Shown here piece after piece: positions 38,151 through 45,756 of a stretch of DNA of 56,916 nt; the stretch's first letter is position 1, and every line of letters begins with the position of its first letter. The DNA is from a virus (Duplodnaviria; Caudoviricetes), in the IMG/VR virus record IMGVR_UViG_3300006754_000019, positions 1 through 56,916 of that record. One strand, given 5' to 3'. Both the position numbers and the translations under genes were made by a program. Below the pieces are notes generated by a model. The model searched no databases. It had not been told where the DNA came from and worked only from the letters and a program-made list of their open reading frames with translations.

Positions 38151-39638
38151 ATGAACGCTAAGATAGAAAAGAAGATTGTCACAGGGATGATAGTCAGTGA
38201 GGAATTCCTTAAAGGGATAGTACAAATCTACAGACCCCTCCAAGTTCCCTTTGCCAAAGAAGTAGCTGGTTGGTGCTTAGAACACTTCAACGAATACAGG
38301 AAACCCCCTCTAAAGCATATAGAAGATATCTTCATAGCCCACAAGGAGGAGCTATCTGAAGAACAAGAAGATTTAATAGGGGACTTCCTACAACACATCT
38401 CAGAAGAATACGAAGAAGCAGAGACTTTCAATGTACAGTATATTTTAGATACGGCAGAGAAGTACTTCAGGACTATAACCCTCCAAGAACTGAACAAGAG
38501 GCTATCTGCCACCATCACCAAAGGAAATATCAACAAGGGGGAGGCTTTAATAAAAGACTTTGAAAGAGTTGTCCGACCACAGACCAAAGGAGTGAATCCC
38601 TTTGACGTAGAGGTGATACAGAATGCCTTTACAGAAGATCACACCAACAACCTATTCAGGTTTCCCGATGTACTGGGGAACATAGTAGGAAACTTTGAAA
38701 GGGAACATCTTGTGTCCTTTGTGGGAGTGTCCAGTATAGGAAAGTCGTGGTGGCTTATGTGGATGGCTATGTTAGGGTTGTCAGAAGGATACAGGGTTGT
38801 GTATGTGAGCCTAGAAATGTCTGAGAAGCAAATGGTAAAGAGGATACATCAATTTATTAACGCATGTCCTACGAAGGAGTGTGACGTAATTTTACTTCCA
38901 GTTTTTGATTGTACGAAGAATCAGAAAGACATTTGTGATAGAAAGGAAAGGAGGAGCAAATGTGGTATCCAAGATGAAGATGGAAATGACATGGACTTTC
39001 ACCAAGCTAAGAAAGGAGGGTATAAGCCCTGTACCGAATGCACTGAAGACTACAAGCAGGGTCTATGGCATAAGGTAGTAAAGAGGAAAGTGTTGTCTGA
39101 ACAGATGGTGTTGGAGAAGAACAAGCTTGTCTACGGTAGTTTAATAAAGAAGAATAGATTTAAGTTCATCAAGTATCCCTCTAAAGGGGCTACGATGTCT
39201 GAGCTACGTTCCCATTTATTGAACATAGAACAGTATGAGGGATTCATCCCTGATATTATAGTTACCGACATGGCTGATAAGTTTTCAGCAGAGAATACCA
39301 GACAGGATACCAGACACCAGATAGATGAAGTCTGGAGGGCACACAAGTCCCTAGCACAGGAAAGAAAATGTTTGGTAGTAACGGCAAGTCAATCTAACAC
39401 GATGAGGACAGAAAAGGATATACGACAAGGAGATTGGGCTGAATCAGTGGGTAAGATTCAAGAGTCGGACATATCTTTTGCCCTCAATCAGAAACCCGAA
39501 GAAAAGTCCCAAGGGCTGATGAGGGTATCTGTCCTAAAGCAAAGGGATGATGACTTTGACTTGACTACAGAAGTAAATGTATTGATGTCATACAAAATCG
39601 GCAGACCGTATTTGAAGTCTTGTATGAGGGGAAAATAA
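38151..39638 (+). CDS. dnaB: Replicative DnaB-like helicase
   Basis: G.SSIGKS, SLEM, IIVTD..D, TASQ, K.RD motifs; Cys-rich insertion. Confidence 0.85.
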   Translation: MNAKIEKKIVTGMIVSEEFLKGIVQIYRPLQVPFAKEVAGWCLEHFNEYRKPPLKHIEDIFIAHKEELSEEQEDLIGDFLQHISEEYEEAETFNVQYILDTAEKYFRTITLQELNKRLSATITKGNINKGEALIKDFERVVRPQTKGVNPFDVEVIQNAFTEDHTNNLFRFPDVLGNIVGNFEREHLVSFVGVSSIGKSWWLMWMAMLGLSEGYRVVYVSLEMSEKQMVKRIHQFINACPTKECDVILLPVFDCTKNQKDICDRKERRSKCGIQDEDGNDMDFHQAKKGGYKPCTECTEDYKQGLWHKVVKRKVLSEQMVLEKNKLVYGSLIKKNRFKFIKYPSKGATMSELRSHLLNIEQYEGFIPDIIVTDMADKFSAENTRQDTRHQIDEVWRAHKSLAQERKCLVVTASQSNTMRTEKDIRQGDWAESVGKIQESDISFALNQKPEEKSQGLMRVSVLKQRDDDFDLTTEVNVLMSYKIGRPYLKSCMRGK

Positions 39639-39651
39639 AGATTAATTATTT

Positions 39652-39687
39652 TTCAAAAATGCAGGAGTTTTTCTAATACTGGAGTAG
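39652..39687 (+). promoter_or_regulatory. Putative phage middle promoter TTCAAAAAT-N10-TTCTAATACTGnAGTAG
   Basis: Same motif and spacing at 48057-48092; both copies are intergenic at operon starts. Confidence 0.65.
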
Positions 39688-39808
39688 CGGAAGTATTTAT
39701 AACCTTAACCAAAGGAGGAGAACAAATGGGAAAAAGAACCAATTATGGATTTATGGGTTGAAGAATAAAGTTAATTTGAAGTAGAACCCTTAACCAAAGG
39801 AGAGTAAA

Positions 39809-40363
39809 ATGACTAAAGAAGAATCGAAGTTAAAACAAGAAGATTTAGAATTTGCAGTAGATGAATTAAATGAAGTACTGTTTGGAGGGGAAGAAGAAAT
39901 TGGCAAGGCTTTTGCTGATGAAATGGTTGACGAGTTGAAGGAGGCTTCCGAAGAAATAGACAAAGCTGATTCGTTTTCACAAAGAACAGCTGATGTGTTA
40001 GAGGTCTTAGGTGTAAAGGTTGACTTCAAGATAAAGCCTGAAAAGAAAAAGAAGACTAAGGCTAAGAAGGAGTCTAAACCAGCTAAGAAGGAGTCTAAAC
40101 CAACTAAGAAAGAAAAGAAGGCTAAGAAGGAGAAGAAAGCCAAGAAGGAAAAAGGCAAGACTAGGGTAAAGGCTATGCATGAAGTCCTGAAGAAGTGCAA
40201 GAAGGGCAAGTCCTACGAAGACATAGTGGAGGAAGTCCATGATGCATTAGATGGTACTTGTGCTATCAACAGTGTCAAGGGGTCATTGAGGTTTGCCCTG
40301 TCAGTGCTTGTACAGTTTGACGTAATAGAAGTGAAGGACAGGAAGTACCGCTTTATAGGTTAA
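39809..40363 (+). CDS. Acidic/Lys-rich DNA-binding-like protein
   Basis: Acidic N-terminus, AKKESKP repeats, wHTH-like C-terminus. Confidence 0.6.
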   Translation: MTKEESKLKQEDLEFAVDELNEVLFGGEEEIGKAFADEMVDELKEASEEIDKADSFSQRTADVLEVLGVKVDFKIKPEKKKKTKAKKESKPAKKESKPTKKEKKAKKEKKAKKEKGKTRVKAMHEVLKKCKKGKSYEDIVEEVHDALDGTCAINSVKGSLRFALSVLVQFDVIEVKDRKYRFIG

Positions 40364-40364
40364 T

Positions 40365-41105
40365 ATGAAAAAGTTAATATACAAAGAGGGATTAGTGGTC
40401 AGGGAGCCGATTGGGATAACCAACGGTTCTCTGACACTTACCAAATGCACAGTACAACACGCTAGGAAGGGAGTGGTAAAGAATCACTACTCTAGGAAAG
40501 TATCTAGGAACAGTTTTTTATCTTTCGCTGTCAACAAGACAGAGGGATATCTTCAATTAGGCTACGGCATGAATCCAACAAAGAAACATACCATCTCAAA
40601 ATATATTACATTAGACAACCATTGTGAATTTGATCGCATGTGGTTGTCAGACTCCCTACCTAAGTTCAGCGAAAGCCAAGTGATTGCCCTCCTATTGAGT
40701 TACATAAAGCAGATATATCCCAACATACATTTTATAATTACCTATGCTGATGAGGGTGTAGGAAATACTGGTGTGATCTACAAAGCCACCAATGCAATAT
40801 CCCTCGGTAAGCACAAGACGAAGTTCTACATCCTCCCTAATGGGGAGAGAACACATGCCGTATCTTTATGGCATAAGTATAAGACAAGCACAAAGGAATT
40901 TCTGGACAGCAAGGGCATCAAGTCACAGGACACATATCAACATAGATTCCTCTATATATTAAATAAACGATTGCGGAAGAAGTATCAAGAGGAGATACGC
41001 CAGCTTCCAGCTGGAGGGGCAGGTTCGATTCCTGCCTTCCGCTCCAAACATTCCCCTCCTAAGGGAGGGGGTGGTGGCAGATCAAGGTCTGGGAGGGTAA
41101 AATGA
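40365..41105 (+). CDS. Mom-family (GNAT-fold) DNA adenine modification enzyme 1
   Basis: NHYS, EFDRMW......SES, ITYAD...G.TG.IYKATN, HRFLY motifs. Confidence 0.82.
   Translation: MKKLIYKEGLVVREPIGITNGSLTLTKCTVQHARKGVVKNHYSRKVSRNSFLSFAVNKTEGYLQLGYGMNPTKKHTISKYITLDNHCEFDRMWLSDSLPKFSESQVIALLLSYIKQIYPNIHFIITYADEGVGNTGVIYKATNAISLGKHKTKFYILPNGERTHAVSLWHKYKTSTKEFLDSKGIKSQDTYQHRFLYILNKRLRKKYQEEIRQLPAGGAGSIPAFRSKHSPPKGGGGGRSRSGRVK
40973..41046 (+). tRNA. Non-canonical tRNA-Gly(UCC)-like element inside the Mom-like gene
   Basis: GCGGAAG/CTTCCGC acceptor stem + T + CCA; GTAT/ATAC D stem; CCAGC-TTCCA-GCTGG anticodon arm; GCAGG-TTCGATT-CCTGC T arm. Confidence 0.8.
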
Positions 41106-42076
41106 ACATACTAACATTTTCACCAAGTACTAGGAAGGTTTGGACAGATAAGAGGGCAGTCAATCCAGCGTACTTCCTTATGGCTACATTGGTAGCGAAC
41201 CTATCGGAGAAGTATAATGTATATACTATAGATGAATCCTTCAACCCTGTACAGAAGATGAAGAAGTACAACGGAGAACATATTGATTGTGTTATCTCCA
41301 TCGGGGCTATCTATACTCTATCAGATACTAAGAAGAAGTTGAAGTTTGACCCGAACTACAGTAGACATAAGAGGATATTCAAGATAGCAAAGATAACTAA
41401 TGAAGTGTTTGACAAGTACGACCCTCTACATATCAACCTATGTGTGGATGTTAGTAAGTGGTCACAGGAACTAACGGAGATGTTTGGAAAAGAACCAGAT
41501 ACATTTGTTACTGAACAGGAAATGAAATGGCAGACCTTCCTCTATCTATACTGCCATAGACGTACTATATGTAATAACAAAGGGGATGAGTTCTTCTATG
41601 CAGGAGGGGCTAAGAATAGGGTTGCTAGGTTCTTAGAACTGACAAAGGGAATAGACAAGCTGAAGACGATAGCTGGTGGAGGATGGAAAGATGTATTGTC
41701 TAAGGAAGATCGTTATTGGATGCTTGGTTACATTCCGTTCTCCCAATGTCTTGCTATGTCTAGATTTGCAAAGTGGAGTATTGTATTCCAAACTGAACAA
41801 GGCAACATAGAGAATTGGATAACAGGGAGGTTGTTTATGAATCTAGCTACTAAAATGATAGGTTTTGTAGATAAGGAATATGACAAAGAGGGAATGTATG
41901 TTAGGAGGGATTCTCTTTTAAGAGTGTCTGATTCAGATGAAATCAATGCTAAAATAAGGATGTTTAAATATGGTGAATTAATATTAGAGCAAGAAAAGAT
42001 GATTAAATCTCACTGGTTAGAGTGGGAGACCTATACTAAACCTTTTGAAAAGAAGATAAGAGGACTACTGAAATGA
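41102..42076 (+). CDS. T4 beta-glucosyltransferase-like GT-B enzyme
   Basis: YAGG..NR, G.IP, NWITGR, VDKEYD match by eye the T4 BGT motifs YGG..R, GKIP, NFITLR, IDEEFD. Confidence 0.72.
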   Translation: MNILTFSPSTRKVWTDKRAVNPAYFLMATLVANLSEKYNVYTIDESFNPVQKMKKYNGEHIDCVISIGAIYTLSDTKKKLKFDPNYSRHKRIFKIAKITNEVFDKYDPLHINLCVDVSKWSQELTEMFGKEPDTFVTEQEMKWQTFLYLYCHRRTICNNKGDEFFYAGGAKNRVARFLELTKGIDKLKTIAGGGWKDVLSKEDRYWMLGYIPFSQCLAMSRFAKWSIVFQTEQGNIENWITGRLFMNLATKMIGFVDKEYDKEGMYVRRDSLLRVSDSDEINAKIRMFKYGELILEQEKMIKSHWLEWETYTKPFEKKIRGLLK

Positions 42077-42822
42077 AACCAACCTTTATCATAGCAGGAG
42101 GGGCAAGATGTGGAACTACTTTCTTTGCAGACTGTTTGAACCAACATCCAGACATACACCTCCCTACCCCATTCATACCAGAACCTAAAGTATTCACTGA
42201 CCCATTGATGGAGGATGAAGAATACTTAGACCATTATGAATTTATATATGAGCAAAATCCTTTCATAACCCCTGACACAGTGAATGGGGAGAAGACAGTC
42301 AACTATTTAGAAAATCCACTTATACCCTTTACTATTAGGAGGGTGCTGCCTGATGTTAAGCTGTTCTTCTGTTTACGTAATCCAGTAGACAGGGCTTATT
42401 CTGGATGGTGTTGGAGTACTATGAATGGTCATGAAACAAATACATTCAAGGAGGCTATTCATTTAGAACTGACTACAGATAGATGGAAGACAATACCTAG
42501 AGGGATGCATTCACAACCATTCAACTATCTACATAGAAGTATGTATGATGTAATGTTAGAACCTTACTTTAAAGCCTTTAGGAGGGAACAGATACATATT
42601 ATTATTTTTGAAGAACTGATACAGAATATTCATACTACAATTAATAATGTGTATAATATACTGAGAGTCCATGAGCAACATGTGAAGTCTAACTTTAAGA
42701 ATGAAACAGAGGGATTCCCCCCTATGGCTAATGGGTGGAGGCAGTTTTTAAGAGGTTACTTTTATAACAGTATTCAGAATCTAAGTGAATACGTCAACGT
42801 AGATATCTGGGAGGGGAAATGA
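42073..42822 (+). CDS. PAPS-dependent sulfotransferase (Sulfotransfer_1 type)
   Basis: FIIAGGARCGTT, QHPDI, EP..F, GEKT.NYL, LRNPVDRAYS motifs. Confidence 0.9.
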   Translation: MKPTFIIAGGARCGTTFFADCLNQHPDIHLPTPFIPEPKVFTDPLMEDEEYLDHYEFIYEQNPFITPDTVNGEKTVNYLENPLIPFTIRRVLPDVKLFFCLRNPVDRAYSGWCWSTMNGHETNTFKEAIHLELTTDRWKTIPRGMHSQPFNYLHRSMYDVMLEPYFKAFRREQIHIIIFEELIQNIHTTINNVYNILRVHEQHVKSNFKNETEGFPPMANGWRQFLRGYFYNSIQNLSEYVNVDIWEGK

Positions 42823-42885
42823 AAGGGGAATGTTATAAATGCAAAACCCCTGATGTAAAAGTTTGGAATACTTTAAGGAGAAAGC

Positions 42886-43608
42886 ATGGAAATAAAAAAT
42901 ATAAACAACAGGGAGGTTAAAGATTGGTTGTTAGATAAACACTATGCTAAAAGAAGATGTAGTATCTCCTATAGCTATGGATTAATTCATGAAGACAACA
43001 TTATAGGAATAGTAACATATGGAATCCCTCCTTCACCACAAGTAGGGAGAGGGTTTCTAGGGGAAAGGCATAGAACTAAAGTAATAGAGTTGAACAGACT
43101 TTGTATTAATGATGATGCACCTAAAAATTCAGCTTCATTCTTAGTGGGAGGAACTTTAAAAAAACTAATTGATTGGGCTGTTGTGTCCTATGCTGATGGA
43201 AAGATGGGACATGTTGGATATATATACCAAGCAACAAACTTTATATACTGTGGGAGTGCTACATCACATGATTGTGAATATTTAATAGATGGGAAATGGA
43301 TACACCCTAAGACCCTGACTACTAAAGGAATAACATCCCCTTCACAATGGGCAAAAGAGAACAACATACAAAAGAGGACTCCTTCACCTAAACATAGATA
43401 CATTTATTTTGTTAACAAGAAACTGAGGAAGTATTTAAAATATGATATACTTCCATACCCTAAAGGAGAAACAAAAAGATATGAGTCAAAGACAATAAAA
43501 AGAAGGAGGAAAGAATGGGGTTTATTTGACAAAGAACAATTACAATTAAAACATAAAAGGAGGAAGAATGAACAGAATAGAATTACTAAGGGCAGTAGAG
43601 AAGATTAA
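42886..43608 (+). CDS. Mom-family (GNAT-fold) DNA modification enzyme 2
   Basis: KHYAKR, ELNRL, KNSASFLV, VSYAD...GHVGYIYQATNF.Y.G, KHRYIY motifs. Confidence 0.85.
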   Translation: MEIKNINNREVKDWLLDKHYAKRRCSISYSYGLIHEDNIIGIVTYGIPPSPQVGRGFLGERHRTKVIELNRLCINDDAPKNSASFLVGGTLKKLIDWAVVSYADGKMGHVGYIYQATNFIYCGSATSHDCEYLIDGKWIHPKTLTTKGITSPSQWAKENNIQKRTPSPKHRYIYFVNKKLRKYLKYDILPYPKGETKRYESKTIKRRRKEWGLFDKEQLQLKHKRRKNEQNRITKGSRED

Positions 43609-44578
43609 ACCAGCAATGAGTAGTGGATTGGCAGAACAAGACAATCTAATTATGTTTGAACAATATCACGAAGGAGGGAAAGTCAAGTCATTCAACAACG
43701 AGATAATGATGATTAGCCCGATGGTAGAGGGACTAAAGTTTGATGGTGCTGTACCAGCTAATGAAATGTTGACCCTACTACAGAAGATGTATGATAAGAA
43801 TGTCAAGGTTACAGAGAAGGGAGATGAACTAAGGATATCAGGAAAGACCACAAAGGCTGTATTGAAAAAGGCTGAACTAGAAATGCCTGAAGTAACCCTC
43901 CCTAACAAGTTTGCTTCTCTACCTAGTAACTTTACCGAGGGTTTAAGGCATTGTAGATTTACTGTAGCTGAATCTGGTAACGTACTACACAATATATTAA
44001 TAGAGGGGGATAAGATAATATCCAGTGACAACTATAGGATAACAGAATATACATTGGAGAAAGATACGTTCAAAAAGTCACAACTTATCCCTGCACCTAT
44101 TTGTATGACGTTGATCTCCTTTACCCCTACCTCCTTTGCATCTAATAAGAGTTGGTTGTTCTTTAAGAATGAAGATGGGGCTATCTTATGTATACGGAGG
44201 GTAGAAGAACAGCGAAAGTTCCCTGACATACAAGCTATACTAAAACAGAAGTTCAAGGGCACGAAGGTTACCCTCCCTGAAGACTTAAAACAAGCATTGG
44301 AAAGGGCAAAGATACTATCAGCAGAGGACTTGGTGACAGGGAATAGTACTGTAGATGTTACCATAGAAAAGGACAAGGTTCTATGTCAAGGAGAATGTGC
44401 TATGGGGAGGATAGACGAAGAAATAAAGGTAGAATATTCAGGAAAGAAAATCTCCTTTAGTATCGTGCCTGATTTCCTCTATCAGATATTAAACAATACT
44501 GATAAGATGACTGTGGGAGAAGTAAGTCTTAAATTTAAAACTAAAAACTTTCAACATATAGTACAACTAATATCATGA
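43568..44578 (+). CDS. dnaN: DNA polymerase sliding clamp (beta-like)
   Basis: 336 aa, three-domain pattern; SSDNYRI (cf. ATDGHRL), FPD, L..ALER motifs. Confidence 0.75.
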   Translation: MNRIELLRAVEKIKPAMSSGLAEQDNLIMFEQYHEGGKVKSFNNEIMMISPMVEGLKFDGAVPANEMLTLLQKMYDKNVKVTEKGDELRISGKTTKAVLKKAELEMPEVTLPNKFASLPSNFTEGLRHCRFTVAESGNVLHNILIEGDKIISSDNYRITEYTLEKDTFKKSQLIPAPICMTLISFTPTSFASNKSWLFFKNEDGAILCIRRVEEQRKFPDIQAILKQKFKGTKVTLPEDLKQALERAKILSAEDLVTGNSTVDVTIEKDKVLCQGECAMGRIDEEIKVEYSGKKISFSIVPDFLYQILNNTDKMTVGEVSLKFKTKNFQHIVQLIS

Positions 44579-45756
44579 AGGGATTCTTTAAAAAAGAAAA
44601 TCTAAAGAAGAGTGCCTCTAACTGTTCAAAATGTAAACTACATAAGGAATGTAATACTCCTTACATAGGGGTGGCTGGAGAAGGCAAGAAGTCAATTCTT
44701 ATCATAAACGAATCGCCCGAGAAAGATAAGAAGGGTAAGTTACTACAGGGGGAGTCTATAGAAATACTAAGGGAGGCGTTTAACGAATATGGTATTGATA
44801 TAGATGTTGATTGTTGGGTAACTAATGCCGTATCCTGTCGCCCTCCTAAGGGCAGAGCACCGCACAAGCGAGAAGTTAAGATGTGTAATCCTAGGGTACA
44901 GAAGGTAGTAGAGGAGTTAAAACCTAAGATGATATTCTTATTGGGGAGTTCAGCTTTAGATAGTTTCCTGATGGATAAGATCAAAGGTTCTAGTGGAGGG
45001 ATAGATAAGTGGAGGGGTTTTGTAATACCTGACCAAGTAACAAAGGCTTGGATTATCCCTCTTTATCATCCTACATTTGTTAGGGATTTTAAAAAGAAAA
45101 AGAAGATTGTACCTAAGATATTTGAACAGGACATAGGGAGGGGTCTTAGGAAAATCAAAGAACGCTGTCATGTATTCAATCATAAGGTAGAGGTACTTAG
45201 CCAAGACAATGCTAGACACATGCTGAAGACCCTATTGGACAACCCACCACCAAAGATGTTGGCTTTTGATTATGAAACCACTGGAATTAAACCGTACAAG
45301 GAAGGACATGAGATAATATGTGTGGGAGTGTGTTGTTCAGATATAGCTTATGTATTCCTATTGGATGATAAGAGGGTATTAAGTTATTGGAAGAAGATTT
45401 TAAGGACTAGGAGTATTCCCAAGACAGCACAGAATATTAAATTTGAACATGTATGGAGTAGAGTGATTCTAGGGACTATAGTTAAAGGATGGAAGCATGA
45501 TACTATGCAAGCCTCCCACATCATAGACAATCGTAAAGGGATTACTGGATTGAAGTTTCAGTCTTACATTAGATTTGGTCAGGGAGATTATTCTAGTCAT
45601 CTAGATAAATACATCAAGACTACTGGGGAGGAAGAATTTAATACCATTAGAGATGCCCCTATGAATGAAGTGTATAAATACTGTGCTATGGATGCGATCT
45701 TAGAATATAAATTAGCTATACTACAAATGGAAGGGGAGGGAATATTTAATGAATAA
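44575..45756 (+). CDS. Family-4 UDG-like domain fused to 3'-5' exonuclease (N-terminal part of split family A polymerase)
   Basis: CSKCKLH, TNAVSCRPP, YHP (UDG4); AFDYETTG, QNIKFE, DTM, YCAMDA (Exo I-III). Confidence 0.88.
   Translation: MKGFFKKENLKKSASNCSKCKLHKECNTPYIGVAGEGKKSILIINESPEKDKKGKLLQGESIEILREAFNEYGIDIDVDCWVTNAVSCRPPKGRAPHKREVKMCNPRVQKVVEELKPKMIFLLGSSALDSFLMDKIKGSSGGIDKWRGFVIPDQVTKAWIIPLYHPTFVRDFKKKKKIVPKIFEQDIGRGLRKIKERCHVFNHKVEVLSQDNARHMLKTLLDNPPPKMLAFDYETTGIKPYKEGHEIICVGVCCSDIAYVFLLDDKRVLSYWKKILRTRSIPKTAQNIKFEHVWSRVILGTIVKGWKHDTMQASHIIDNRKGITGLKFQSYIRFGQGDYSSHLDKYIKTTGEEEFNTIRDAPMNEVYKYCAMDAILEYKLAILQMEGEGIFNE

Noticed and set aside
25003-38517. Two intragenic ATCTGCCACC matches (terL ~25004, dnaB ~38504)
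   Set aside because: No accompanying hairpin or SD; cannot be separated from chance without a statistical test.
40973-41046. Ordinary translational tRNA-Gly gene or integration-site remnant
   Set aside because: The anticodon arm is 2 nt short and U8 is absent, and it lies within a CDS. It is a full cloverleaf rather than a 3' att fragment, and no integrase is seen.
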